A DNA stretch of 64,000 nucleotides from Azolla caroliniana (lineage: Eukaryota; Plantae; Polypodiophyta), in contig JBHGNT010000001.1 in NCBI GenBank assembly GCA_043228905.1, forward strand, positions 25,544,001 to 25,608,000, written 5' to 3'. Positions 10,893 to 21,693 of the stretch are shown one piece after another. Each line of letters begins with the position of its first letter. Positions within the stretch are counted from its first letter, which is position 1. The notes under the pieces are model-generated. The model saw nothing but the letters and a program-made list of their open reading frames with translations, was not told where the DNA came from and searched no databases. A program made the position numbers and the translations under genes.

Positions 10893-13019
10893 ATGAGGGG
10901 GTCGGATCTCGCAGAGGCCATGGCTTCGGCCGTGGATCGGATTGTAAACGCGCGCGAGGGCACCGGTGCCCCCGACAGAGCTATTGAGGCGGTCGTCGGC
11001 ACGATCGGCCGGTTCGATGGGAAGGATGCCACGAAGTATCTGGCGTCCTACGGTGCGGAAATGTTAATGCGGGACATTCCGGAAGACAGGCGTCTTGCCG
11101 GTTTTCCCCGAGTGGCGATGCCGAGCATCCATGCGGAGGTGCTCGAGGTGCGGGCGGAGAGCCGTACCTGGGAGGAGTTCGAAGGTCGGCTCCTGGAAAA
11201 ATACGGACTGGACGACGCGCTCCGGCTTTCGAAGCGAAGCTTCATGGAGTGGGTGGAGTCTCCCGGGAAAGGAAGAAACGCGTCGGCACTCCTCCGGGAG
11301 TTCGAGGAGAACTTCGCGCGCCTTTCGGCGCTTGACAGGATGGTCCTGGATACAAGCCGGGTCCTGCTGTTCGTCAAATCGGTTGACGAGAGGGATCGGA
11401 GTCACGTGGGCGCCCTGCTAGAAACCGAAGATGGGCTGACAGCCGACTGGGCGGCGGTCAAGAGAGCCTGCGGCCGTTTCGACAAACGGCGAGAATGGGA
11501 GGATGACAGAGCAACCGGGTCGGGCTCAGTCGCGGCGAGGAAACTCGAGCCGGCGCAGCCGGTGCGAAGGGAAGAGACTCGGGAGTGGCTGGAATCCGGT
11601 TCAGCTGCGACCGACGTGATCAGAGGCTCGACTGGAGGAGCTGCGTTGGAGGAACTGACGAGGGCGATAAAAGACCTCCAAATCGCACAAGCCCGCAGAG
11701 AAGGCGGAGGACCTGCTCGTGACCGACGGCCGGCGGCAGGGAACAGGTGCATGTGGTGCGACGGGGTCGGCCACATCCGAAAAGACTGCGGCGATTTCGC
11801 AGAGGCGCTGAGGAACCGGGTGGTGTACCTATGGGAAGGCCGGGTTCACGCCAACGACACGAGAAGGGCCCTAAACCGAAACGACGGGCGAGGCGGAATG
11901 AAGAGGTTGATGGAAGAGGCGGCGGCCCGACATGCGGAAACCGTCCACTACTCGGCGTCGGCCGGTATTCGAGTCGGGGGCAACGAGGCCCGAAGAGGAA
12001 GCAAAGCCGGATTCTGGCCGACGGTGCTGGAAGGCCTTGCCGATACGAGGATGAAGAGGGAGGAATCGGACCGTGCGGAGAAACGGGTACGGGAGATGAC
12101 CGGGTGGAGCGACCCGGTCGAGGAGAAGACGGGCTTCGTGAAAGCCGCTTGCCGGAACTACGAGGCTCTGGTAGAAGAGAAGCGGGTGGGGAAACCCGGG
12201 ACGACCGGGCCCTCACAACGATACGAGACCCGGTCCGGGCCACGACGGGACGAAGCCGGCGGGGCCGGTACGCAAGATAAACCCCAGAAGGGCGGGTACC
12301 GTCTGGGGACGGAGATAGAAAGAACCACGGACTTACGAAAGGTCCTGGAGGAACGGATCCTCGACAGCAAGGTGGAGCTGTCGCTACGGGAGGTGCTCGG
12401 AATCGCGAAGAAAGAGTTCCACGACTCCATCGTGGACTTGGTCAAGCGGAAGAGGCTGTCGACGGAGGAGGAACCGGAAAGACCGGTAGAGGTGCGGACG
12501 GCGCACCTGGACGACATGGCGCTGGAAGACGAGTGGGCGGAGAGCCACTATTCGCGGCCACACTGGGCCCGAGCGACCACGGAAACCCCGGTAAAGATCG
12601 GCGATGTCCAGGAACCGGTAGTAGCTTTGGTGGACCACGGATCGGAAATCAACCTGATGTCCATGGACTTCTATAAGAAGGGCAAATGGCCGATCAACAC
12701 CAAGCACGGGTGGAAAATAAGGGCAGCAACGCGCGCCACCGAGGAACTGCACGGGGCCTGTCCGAATGTGCGAGTCAAGATTGGCGACGTCGAGATAGAC
12801 CAGCACTTCTTCGTGCAGGAGACGTCTTCGCATCCGGTCATTCTAGGAGAGCCGTACATCACGGCGGCGCGAATGGAGACCAAAGTGCTGGACAATGGTT
12901 CGGCCTACGCGAGGGTCAAAAGCCAAGACGGGCGCCATTCGGTCCAGTTTCTGACGGTTAGGCCGAACCACGAGCGTAACCGCGACTCCCTCGGTTCCGA
13001 TAACCGAGAGGATTTTTAG
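10893..13019 (+). CDS. gag: Gag-protease polyprotein
   Basis: Open ORF (first ATG 10893); zinc knuckle CMWCDGVGHIRKDC; aspartic protease motifs ALVDHGSEINLM and VILGEPY at the C-terminus. Confidence 0.92.
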   Translation: MRGSDLAEAMASAVDRIVNAREGTGAPDRAIEAVVGTIGRFDGKDATKYLASYGAEMLMRDIPEDRRLAGFPRVAMPSIHAEVLEVRAESRTWEEFEGRLLEKYGLDDALRLSKRSFMEWVESPGKGRNASALLREFEENFARLSALDRMVLDTSRVLLFVKSVDERDRSHVGALLETEDGLTADWAAVKRACGRFDKRREWEDDRATGSGSVAARKLEPAQPVRREETREWLESGSAATDVIRGSTGGAALEELTRAIKDLQIAQARREGGGPARDRRPAAGNRCMWCDGVGHIRKDCGDFAEALRNRVVYLWEGRVHANDTRRALNRNDGRGGMKRLMEEAAARHAETVHYSASAGIRVGGNEARRGSKAGFWPTVLEGLADTRMKREESDRAEKRVREMTGWSDPVEEKTGFVKAACRNYEALVEEKRVGKPGTTGPSQRYETRSGPRRDEAGGAGTQDKPQKGGYRLGTEIERTTDLRKVLEERILDSKVELSLREVLGIAKKEFHDSIVDLVKRKRLSTEEEPERPVEVRTAHLDDMALEDEWAESHYSRPHWARATTETPVKIGDVQEPVVALVDHGSEINLMSMDFYKKGKWPINTKHGWKIRAATRATEELHGACPNVRVKIGDVEIDQHFFVQETSSHPVILGEPYITAARMETKVLDNGSAYARVKSQDGRHSVQFLTVRPNHERNRDSLGSDNREDF

Positions 13020-13075
13020 AGAGGGCTGCCAAGGCGTGGGGCCGCGACAGTCCGGACACCCCGGGAAAACCCCAC
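13010..13075 (+). promoter_or_regulatory. Predicted -1 programmed ribosomal frameshift signal (slippery heptamer plus pseudoknot)
   Basis: G GAT TTT immediately before TAG; the -1 frame is open into pol; stem GGGCTG/CAGTCC, loop GTGGGG complementary to downstream CCCCAC. Confidence 0.82.
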
Positions 13076-16000
13076 ACCTGTACGATAAAACCGAAGGAAC
13101 CTTGTACCATAGGTAGGGGATTTTTGTTCTCCGACAGCGGAGCGTGTACGATAGTCGGCATCGGCGGCCGAGAGAAGACAAAGGCGGAGGGGAGACTTCG
13201 AGCGTGCGGAGTTCTCGGCCCTGACGAGGAAATCAACGGAGCCGTGGAGGCGGTCTCATTCGACGACACCTTGGGAATGCTGGGAAAGGTAGTCGAAGAA
13301 GGCCTTAACGAAGACCGGACGATACCGGTGTGTTCCGAGGAGATGTACGAAGTCATCGCGGACTTCGGTCGAGGGCTCGAGTCAGTTCGGACGGCCCACG
13401 TAAGCACCAAGTACAAGACTGTGGACCGGAAGGTAAGGCCAGTCGCGGCACCCTTACCGGAGGACAGCGCGTCGAGAATCAAAGGGGTTGCATCGGACCC
13501 TAGTCTACGAGATCCGGCCTGCATAGGGCACACCTTCACCGACGAGACGCTCCGAGAGCTCAAAATCGGTGGGGGCGGGTTCCTACTGCCGGCGGAGGAA
13601 GACCGGTTTCGGAGAATGCTCGGAAGGCACGGGAAAGCCTTCGCATTCTCGCCGGAGGAAATCGGGTGCGTTGACCCGACGATCGTGGAGCCGATGGTGA
13701 TATTCACGGTACCGCATGTACCATGGAACCTCAAGCCAATCCCGGTTCCGAGAGCTCACATCCCGAAGTTGATGGAGCTGCTGAGGCAGAAAGTTGATAT
13801 GGGAATTCTCGAGCCGTCGAGCGCCCCATATTCGAATCGATGGTTTACCGTACCGAAGAAAAACGGTTCGTTGCGCTTCATCCAGGACCTGCAGCCGGTC
13901 AATCGAGTGACCATTCGGAACGCAGGGATCGGACCGACCATAGACGAGTTCGCGGAGGCCTTCGCCGGAAGGTCAATTTACTCGGTCGGGGATCTATACT
14001 CAGGGTACGACCAGTTCCAGCTAGCCGTGGAGAGCAGAGACATTACGACGATGCGAACTCCCCTCGGCCTAGTTCGGATGTGTACACTGCCGCAAGGAGG
14101 GACCAACTCGGTGGCCCACATGGTGAATGCGATGAACAAGGTTCTGAGGGACTGTATCCCGGACGTCACCATGCCGTTTCTGGACGACATCCCGATCAAG
14201 GGATGCCCGGTGGAAGAAAAGGACGAGACGATCGGGCCGGACGGATGCCGGCGATTCGTGGTAACGCACATCGACGACTGCGAGAAGGTGCTGCAAAGGC
14301 TAGAGGATGCGAGGCTCACCTTCTCGGGGGAGAAGTCAGCATTCGGGCAGTCGGAAATCATGGTGGTCGGACATCTATGTGGACCATATGGCCGGAAACC
14401 GTCTCCGGCAAAGATAGAAGCCGTCTCCGCGATGAAGCCCGACTGCAGCTCGGTCACGGAAGTACGGAGATTCCTGGGGGCATGCGCGTTCTACCACATA
14501 TGGATCCCGCATTACGCACACGTCGCGGAGCCACTGTACGGGTTGCTGAAAAAGGGGCGAAGGTTCGAATGGCTAGACGAGCACGCGGAATCGGTCCGGA
14601 AGCTGAAAGAGGCCCTTGCAGCGGCACCGGCACTCCGGAAGGCGGTATACGGGAAGGGTACCCCGGTATTCATAACGGTGGATACCAGTCCGACCGGGAT
14701 CGGATGGGTCGTGAACCAGGAAGACGAGGACGGCAATCGGTTTCCGATCCGATTCGGCGCGAAAGTCCTCAGTGAACGGCAGCGAGGATACGCCCAGGTT
14801 AAACGCGAACTCTGGGGTATTGTTTCGGCGGTTAAGGCCGACAAAGACTACCTGATAGGGACAGCAGTGATCATCGAGACGGATTGCCTGCCGATTCTCG
14901 GTATGGTTTCCGGATGCGCGACTCCGGACCTGGCGATGCTCAGGTGGATAGCGTACATCAAGTCCCTGGACCCGGAAATACGACACATTTCCGGGAAAGA
15001 CAACGCCATGGCCGACATGCTTTCGAGGGCGAGGTTCGACGACGAGGACGGCATGGTTTCGGAAGACGAAGAAGTCGGCGTGGATTTCTTCGAGGCGGCA
15101 TACATAACGACCGACGGGATGGGCACTCCGGCGCTTAACGAGTTCGACGCGAGCAAGTACGACGGGGAGTGGCTGCAGATCGGCGGGTTTTTGAAGACAA
15201 TGACGCCTGATGCGTCATGGACGAAGGACGAGGCCAACCGGATCCGGAAGAAAGCATATCGATTCTTTCTCCGGGATGGCTACCTATGGAAGCACCCGAA
15301 GAAGAGGGACGGCGCTCCGCTCCGGGTGGTGGCGATGAAGGAAGAACAGGAGGAGCTGCTGACGGCCTACCACGACAGCCCTTGGGCTGGACACCGTGGA
15401 ACGTGGGCGACATTTGAGAAGCTGAAGGGGAAGTACTGGTGGCCGGGATTGTACCGGGACGTGCATCGGTTCGTGTCGACTTGCGAGAGTTGTCAGATGC
15501 ACTCGATAGTCCGACACCGGGATGGGCTTCGCCCTACGTACCCTCCGACTATCCACTTCAAATGGATGGTAGATCTAGTGACGATGCCGATGGGGGTAGG
15601 ACAGATGCGGTATCTGGTCCTAGCGCGGGAAGACCTGACGAACCAGGTGGAAGGCCGAGCCCTTCAGAACAAGACGACCGCGGCCGTGTGTCGGTTCCTG
15701 ATCGAGGACGTGATATGCCGGTACGGGTGCGTCGGGAAGATCGTGGCTGACCGGGGGGAGTTGGACGCCGAGGAAGCCGCGGAGCTGTTCGATCGGCTGG
15801 GAGTCAAACTCTCGCTCACCACTGCGTACAACCCGGAGGCGAATGGAAAGGTGGAGCGCGGACACGGGCCGATCGTTAAGGCGCTGGTTCGGGCATGCGG
15901 AGGCCAAGTCGGTAACTGGCCGCGACTTCTACCTTATGCTTTGTGGGCCGACCGGACTACGCACAGTTCGGTAACCGGGTACATGCCGACAGAGCTCATG

Positions 16001-16507
16001 TTCGGCCAGAAGCCGATCATGCCGATGGAACGAACAATCTCCTCATGGGCAACGGTCGACTGGAGGGACGAGATGAGCCGGGAGGAGTTGTTGGCAGCGC
16101 GTATACGACAACTCGAACGGAGACCGGAGGACGTGGAGACGGCTGCAGAAAGGATCCGAGTGGCGAGGATAAAGAACAAAGCCAGGTTCGACCGAACGCA
16201 CCGACTCCGACCGAAGAAGATCGAAGAAGGTGACTGGGTGCTCGTCTACGACAGCAGCCTCGACAACCAGCACCGAGCAACGCGGAAGTTCGCACGGAGA
16301 TGGTTCGGGCCGTACACGGTACAGAGCGCCAACGACAACGGGACGTATCATCTGGCGGAGCTCGACGGTACGAGAATAGCGATACCCGTGGCCGGGAAGA
16401 GGATCAAAGCTTTCAAGAAGCGGCACGACGACGAACCCGACCCGATTCTCCTGGACAGCAGCGACGACCGATCCGAGGCCGAGGAAGGGCCGGCAGGCGA
16501 AGAGTAA
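13010..16507 (+). CDS. pol: Pol (RT, RNase H, integrase) in the -1 frame relative to gag
   Basis: LRFIQDLQPVN, DLYSGYDQ, LPQG, FLDD (RT); VDTS...KRELWG...ETDC...NAMADMLSR (RNase H); H-x6-H...CESC, VDL...DRGE...NGKVER, WFGPY (integrase); no chromodomain. Confidence 0.95.
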   Translation, partial: GFLERAAKAWGRDSPDTPGKPHTCTIKPKEPCTIGRGFLFSDSGACTIVGIGGREKTKAEGRLRACGVLGPDEEINGAVEAVSFDDTLGMLGKVVEEGLNEDRTIPVCSEEMYEVIADFGRGLESVRTAHVSTKYKTVDRKVRPVAAPLPEDSASRIKGVASDPSLRDPACIGHTFTDETLRELKIGGGGFLLPAEEDRFRRMLGRHGKAFAFSPEEIGCVDPTIVEPMVIFTVPHVPWNLKPIPVPRAHIPKLMELLRQKVDMGILEPSSAPYSNRWFTVPKKNGSLRFIQDLQPVNRVTIRNAGIGPTIDEFAEAFAGRSIYSVGDLYSGYDQFQLAVESRDITTMRTPLGLVRMCTLPQGGTNSVAHMVNAMNKVLRDCIPDVTMPFLDDIPIKGCPVEEKDETIGPDGCRRFVVTHIDDCEKVLQRLEDARLTFSGEKSAFGQSEIMVVGHLCGPYGRKPSPAKIEAVSAMKPDCSSVTEVRRFLGACAFYHIWIPHYAHVAEPLYGLLKKGRRFEWLDEHAESVRKLKEALAAAPALRKAVYGKGTPVFITVDTSPTGIGWVVNQEDEDGNRFPIRFGAKVLSERQRGYAQVKRELWGIVSAVKADKDYLIGTAVIIETDCLPILGMVSGCATPDLAMLRWIAYIKSLDPEIRHISGKDNAMADMLSRARFDDEDGMVSEDEEVGVDFFEAAYITTDGMGTPALNEFDASKYDGEWLQIGGFLKTMTPDASWTKDEANRIRKKAYRFFLRDGYLWKHPKKRDGAPLRVVAMKEEQEELLTAYHDSPWAGHRGTWATFEKLKGKYWWPGLYRDVHRFVSTCESCQMHSIVRHRDGLRPTYPPTIHFKWMVDLVTMPMGVGQMRYLVLAREDLTNQVEGRALQNKTTAAVCRFLIEDVICRYGCVGKIVADRGELDAEEAAELFDRLGVKLSLTTAYNPEANGKVERGHGPIVKALVRACGGQVGNWPRLLPYALWADRTTHSSVTGYMPTELMFGQKPIMPMERTISSWATVDWRDEMSREELLAARIRQLERRPEDVETAAERIRVARIKNKARFDRTHRLRPKKIEEGDWVLVYDSSLDNQHRATRKFARRWFGPYTVQSANDNGTYHLAELDGTRIAIPVAGKRIKAFKKRHDDEPDPILLDSSDDRSEAEEGPAGEE

Positions 16508-16564
16508 AGGCGGGCCGGTTTTCTCCGTGCCAACTTATTTTGGCGCATGCCGGTGGATGCGCGG

Positions 16565-16579
16565 TTAGGTGGGGGCGGA
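16565..16579 (+). promoter_or_regulatory. Polypurine tract
   Basis: TTAGGTGGGGGCGGA directly before the 3' LTR. Confidence 0.8.
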
Positions 16580-17298
16580 TGTCGTGAAGAAAACCGCCCA
16601 CAAGAGGAATCGGAGGAACAAGGCGTGGGAAACGGCTCTACGCACACACGCGCGCCAAGAAGTACCTAAGGACGAAGTAGGTACATACGAGGATCCTAGG
16701 TGGGTAGATTCGGTTGGTATGCAGTTAATGCCAAACGGCCTCTTGACGGGCTATAAAAGGGAAGAGGAAGAATAGAAGTGGGTATCTCGCGCGGAGAGGA
16801 CGAAGTGCTGCCGAACCGATTTCGGAGCTTCTCTCTCACCCCTGCTTTCTCTGTCTTCTGCTCCATCGCGTACCTGTGCAGGTTTCGAGGAGGCTTGCGC
16901 TGTTCCGTGGAACGCCCCGAGTGCGTCCTGCAGCACCTCCGACCTGTTTTCCCTTCCTGTGCGTCGCGACATACAGGGGTCGGCATCTGTTCGCCGCCCT
17001 GTTCGTTTTCGTTAGTATCTATTTCGTGCCCCACCGTGGGTTGTAATACTTTAGTCTGTTATTTTCTTGCATTCATAAGTACATATCTTTCGTTGTTGCG
17101 TCCATCTGCGTCGGCGTTTATTTGTGATCTCTGTTTGTTGGGCCGTGTCCCTGTGCAATCGTCGGTTCTGCGCAATCGGATCTTCGGTTCTGTGTAATCG
17201 GGTCTCTCTCTCTCTTACTCCTCTCTCTCTTGCTCTTCGGTTCAAGACCCCCGTGGTCCCTCCTCCTTTCTACACGCAAGGGCGTAGTAACCCCGACA
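16580..17298 (+). repeat. 3' LTR (719 bp)
   Basis: Near-identical copy of 10131-10849. Confidence 0.97.
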
Positions 17299-17562
17299 CC
17301 GTGTTGTCGGTCGTAGTCATGTGCTCTGGTGAGTGAGGCTAGGGTTCCTCTTGATCGGTGGTTTCGCTTTCTGGTATTGCGAGGGACTTCGCTTGCCGTT
17401 TCGTGATGTGCACCGTAGTGGTTCTTTCCGGTGACATGGGTTGAGGTTCCTCTTGTTCGGCAGTATCCGGAATAGGTATCGCGATGGATTCCTCGTTGGT
17501 TCGCGTGCTATTGGCTTGCGTGATTTGGTGAAACAGGTCCTCCTGACTTTCACCAAAATCAT

Positions 17563-18570
17563 CTAGTAGTTGCGCGAGTTCCTCGGAGTGTTGGTCCGCA
17601 GCACGCGATAATCCTGCGCTAGGTCCTCGCGTACTGTCACAATGCTTTCCTCATTGAGCTTGTAGAACCCGTGACCGTCTTTCCTTCGGTTCTCCCCGTC
17701 CACCCGGTATGTATGCAACTCTGCCGCCTGTGCGGCCCATGCCATCCAGCCTTTATCGACCGCCGCTTTTAATTGCGCCATAAACCTCTCCCGATTTGTT
17801 TGAAGAAGTATGCGCACGTTGTTGGTTATTGCTTGGCAACGGTTGCGTGCTTCTTGTACGGTCTTCCTAAGGTTGTCAATTTCCTGTTTATCAACCGTCG
17901 CCGCTTCCTCATAAGTGCTCCTCATTCCTACCCATAGTTGAGATTCCTTCGCATGTAATTCCTCCAACCTGCCCATTTCATTGTTTAGACGGATTTCAAG
18001 CTGATACCTTCTCTCCTGTTCCCCTACCAACTGCTCGTCAAACCATGCTTTCTTCTTCTCCAATAAGGCCCGAAGTCTCGGGATTGCCGCTTCCAATTTT
18101 TTCGCTTCCTCCCATAATTGGGCATTTTCTTCTTTCGTCTGGGTGTGCTGTGTTGCCTCCGAAGCGAGTTCCTCTTCAAGGGTCTTCACTGCCTTTCGGC
18201 CGTTGGCCCGGATGTCCTTTTCTCTGTCTGAGGACTGGCGAAGTTCGACGCGAAGACGGTCAATCTCCGATTCCGCCAGTTGCACGGCCCGTTTCGCTTT
18301 CGAGGCAATGGCGGTCTGAGCTTCAATTTCTTCCCTCAGGGCTTCGATGGCGTTGGATGTTGGTGGAGCTGCCTGTTGCGCCGTAGTCGCGTTACTTTCC
18401 AACCCTGCGATGCGTTCATTGGCCTTTTGTAGCTCGACTTGGGTCAGTTTAACCTTTTTCCATACATTTTTATTTTTAATCACCATATCCTTGGCGCCCA
18501 TACTGACCTTTGCCAGTTCCCTATGAACTTCGACCAGGGCCGCGTTTAATGGGGGTAGTTCCATCCCCAT
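17563..18570 (-). pseudogene. Coiled-coil/C-terminal part of retroelement accessory ORF
   Basis: Heptad-rich; WAAQAAELHTYRVDGENRRKDG aligns with WATNAAELQLLRADVENRRKEG of ORF 57617-60286. Confidence 0.8.
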
Positions 18571-18640
18571 TCAGCGTATACCAGCGTTCCTCTGCCTGCC
18601 GACTCTGGCTAACTGATCCTCATCGTCGCTTTTCGTCGTT

Positions 18641-19553
18641 TGTATTAACGCATGCTCGATCATTTGGTGCTCCTCGGCCATTCGTTGTGAGACTTTTATC
18701 TATTGCGTTGCCAAGAATTCCATGAATTCAAAAGTGGTTCCGAACTATAATAGTGCGCCAAACTCATGGGCCGTGTCTGGAATGTCCTGATACGCCAAGA
18801 CCTCGCTTTCCGTTGTCGTAGTGTAATTCGCACACTACGTGAAAATTACATTTTTTGTCCCTCCGGATTGAATCGGTAAGGAGAACCGGTAAGAACCGGA
18901 TCAAGCAGAACCGGCAAGAGCCGGATATAGAAGGCCAGTGAGAATCTCTCACCGGATGAAGAGACAAATTTGTAAATCGAAGAAAAGATTGTTACATGCA
19001 TAGGGCAAGATTCAAACCCTGTACCTCCATGTAAACGATTTTTAAGCATTACCACTATACTAGCATATTATGAATTTTAATATTATACTAAACTTTATCC
19101 CATGTAAATATTCTAGATATGCATGGTACAAAAAGTCATTCATGCATACACACTCGAGTTAAAAGAAAAGATGGGATAGAAAGCTAATCATGCACATGCA
19201 CTGTGCATGAAAACTAAAGTTAGGAAAAGCATGATGCTTGCATGTGATAACCTTAGACTCTTCTAACACTATATAAGGAAGAGAGAAAGATGTATAATGG
19301 TTGTTGCTTATTTTACAAGGGTTGATTGATATAATATAATCGTGGGTTTCACGAATTTGCTAACTATTTTTCTCTCTTAATCTGATTACTCACTAATACA
19401 CTATACTCGTGGGATTCACGAGTTTTTCATATCTTTCTTTCTTACAACATATTTCATATTCTTCATTGCCTTAGAATTTTCTTTTCTCCTAGTCCAAAAC
19501 CTCAGTGGTTCCCGCCCGACTCACGCAATGATCTGGAGCCAAAAGGCACGACA
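18641..19553 (+). mobile_element. AT-rich insertion in the accessory ORF; its 3' part resembles an LTR end of the Trp-Gypsy group
   Basis: Interrupts the ORF; TATA CTATATAAGG at about 19270; ends GTGGTTCCC..CACGCA..CACGACA like the 10849 LTR end. Left boundary uncertain. Confidence 0.4.
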
Positions 19554-19559
19554 TCGTCG

Positions 19560-20444
19560 TTAATACGACTTTCCCTCGCTGGACTGGGCCGTAATGATCG
19601 GCCGTGGTTCCCGGTCGAAGGTGGTGTTGGGCTCCGTAGCTACGGAGTTGTCGCCCATGGTCGTCGTCTCCGTGGCTGCAAGTGTGTCTTTAACTAACCG
19701 ACGCTCATCCTTTCTATCCAGCCTCTGCCGTTTCAGCCTCAGGCTTCCTTGGCGTGTCTCGGCTTCCGGTTCCTGCGCAGGTTCCTCATTGTGCTCCGCC
19801 CGCTCTTCCTGTGTTGTTCGCATGTTGGGTTGGGGTTCATCCTCCCACTCTGTGGTGGCCAACTCCGCTAACCTTCGCTTCGAGGATCGTGGCAGAGGCG
19901 TGGGTTTGCTAGCCTGGGGTGCCGGCAGACCTCGGGGTGGGAACAATATTGTCAGATACTGTTGTATTATAGGCCTTAACTTTTTGCCTCCTCGATACGC
20001 ATGCAGGCCTTCTCGTAACGCCAATCCCATAATGACCCCCCGATCGACCGTACGCCCTTCAAAGGTATCAATGATGATACCTGCCTTCTGCTTGGGCATC
20101 CCATATGCGTTTACATGTACGCATCTGACCTCCAACAGGAATTTGGCGATTTCGCGGAAAAAGGGATATGGGATCTCCTTCGTTCTATATGCCTTGGCAG
20201 ATGACGAATATGGACCGAAATACCTTTGCAAAGATTCCGCAGGAGGGATTTCGAAATGCCTTTCACCTAGTGATGACAGGTCCAGCTTTTTCCGGATGGA
20301 TGAGTTGGTGACCGTGTTGATGTTGAGCTTCCTAGCGATCTCTAGTGCGTCAGGGTGTGGAGGTGCCTTAGCGACGCTGATGTACCCATTCAAGCGTTTC
20401 TCCATGAGCCATCGATGCAAGGCAGCAGAGATGGGTATTGGCAT
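19560..20444 (-). pseudogene. N-terminal part of retroelement accessory ORF
   Basis: From ATG 20444 (MPIPISAALHRWL...APPH...YFGPYS...YRT...FREIA...MPKQKAGII..TFEG..VD); aligns with the N-terminus of 57617-60286. Confidence 0.8.
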
Positions 20445-21305
20445 AGTCGAAATAGGCTCGTGGCAAATGGGTGAAGACTGTTGGTTGCGGCGAGTTTGAG
20501 CTCTATGATAGGATGGGGAAGAGGGTGAGGAAGGGGAGCAATGAGAGCGAAGAGAGTTAGAAGGTTGGTTTCTGTATTGTGCAGAAAACCTTCTATTTCC
20601 TTCTTTTTGTGGCCTAGGGTTAATTGGTCGGTGAGCCATTGTGGTGCCGCGTGTTCTTGGCCTAGAAGTCTATGCATGCCTTAAGTCCTTTTAATAGCAT
20701 CGCTATCTTCTCTTCTTCTTTTTCATTTTTTCTTCGTAACGGTTACTTACAATATTATGTTTACACTATAGTACAAGTGGGGCCTTATATTTACTCTGCA
20801 GATTCTTCGGCGTTGTCCTGTCCGGCGGGGAACGGGTTAGGTGGCGTAGGTCCCAGATAAGGTTTAAGGCGAAACCCATTCACTTTTTGTCGTAACACTT
20901 CCCCGACCAACGTGCCCTGTTCTGCTCCCACTATCTAGTATGGGCCTGTCCAGCGGAATCTTAATTTTCCTGGCATATGCCCCATCCATGTTTGGAAAAC
21001 TAATACCGGTTTTCCAATCGTAAATTTTTTTTCACACGCATGCCGGTGTCGGTCCACGAATGCTTTGTGCCGCTGTTGTTCCTACTCTTATATGGCCATA
21101 CTGTGTAACCTTGTTTCTCCTAGCTCTAACAATTGTTATAGCCGTACTGGTTCGGATTTGCCCTCTAGTAGCTGGGCTCATACTTGAATCCGCAGACTGG
21201 GTACCTGGAATTCGACTAGCATCACAGCCTCCAGACCAAATGCTAGCCTGAACGGCGTTGATTGTATGTTGGTCTTATAGCTAGTACAGTATGCCCATAA
21301 CGCGT

Positions 21306-21480
21306 TGTCGCGTTGTTACGCGCGTGCGTGGAGAACGAGGCGGGACCACCGGGGCCTCGAACCGAGAAATAACCGAATGAGGGGAGGGGAAGGAAACTAA
21401 CGATGTAATTCACACGCGCACGGACCCACAGAATCACAGGAATTGCAACCAGCTACAGAACGCGAGATGGAGACAGAACG
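21306..21480 (-). repeat. 3' part of a diverged LTR of the Trp-Gypsy family
   Basis: Reverse complement ends CGGTTCGAGGCCCCGGTGGTCCCGCCTCGTTCTCCACGCACGCGCGTAACAACGCGACA, alignable to 10789-10849. Confidence 0.7.
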
Positions 21481-21693
21481 TATGTTTCCAATCATTGGTT
21501 ATCAAGTTCATGATAGTGTTGGAGATGAGTCCGTTAGTGCAGAAATAGAAACAACATCTAGGAGTTAAGGAACAACAAGTTGATGATAACAAAATCAAAT
21601 GATCAGATTGAAACAAAGATTAACAATACAACTCAACAAGGATAAGGAACAAGACAGATGGAGAGGGATAGAGAGGCATAGATTGTAACTGTA

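Larger units (their letters stand above)
10131..17298 (+). mobile_element. Intact young Ty3/Gypsy LTR retrotransposon (non-chromovirus, tRNA-Trp primed)
   Basis: Two 719-bp LTRs (TG...CA), 4-bp TSD CCGT (10127-10130, 17299-17302), PBS, open gag-PR and pol ORFs, PPT. Confidence 0.97.
9925..21305 (-). mobile_element. Old Athila/Tat-type (OTA) Ty3/Gypsy 3' half: integrase C-terminus plus accessory ORF, broken by later insertions
   Basis: Minus 21305-20840 translates to ALWAYCTSYKT...TPFRLAFGLEAV...PSLRI...PGKLRFRWTGPY...KVNGFRLKPY. Downstream lie the accessory ORF pieces 20444-19560, 18570-17563, 17562-17299 and 10130-9925. Confidence 0.75.

Noticed and set aside
11048-16647. Many antisense and alternate-frame ORFs over gag-pol (also over 22312-26394 and 57902-60363)
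   Set aside because: Shadow ORFs expected in GC-rich coding DNA.
19594-20499. 301-aa plus-strand ORF
   Set aside because: Antisense shadow of the accessory ORF; only the minus frame has a homologue at 57617.
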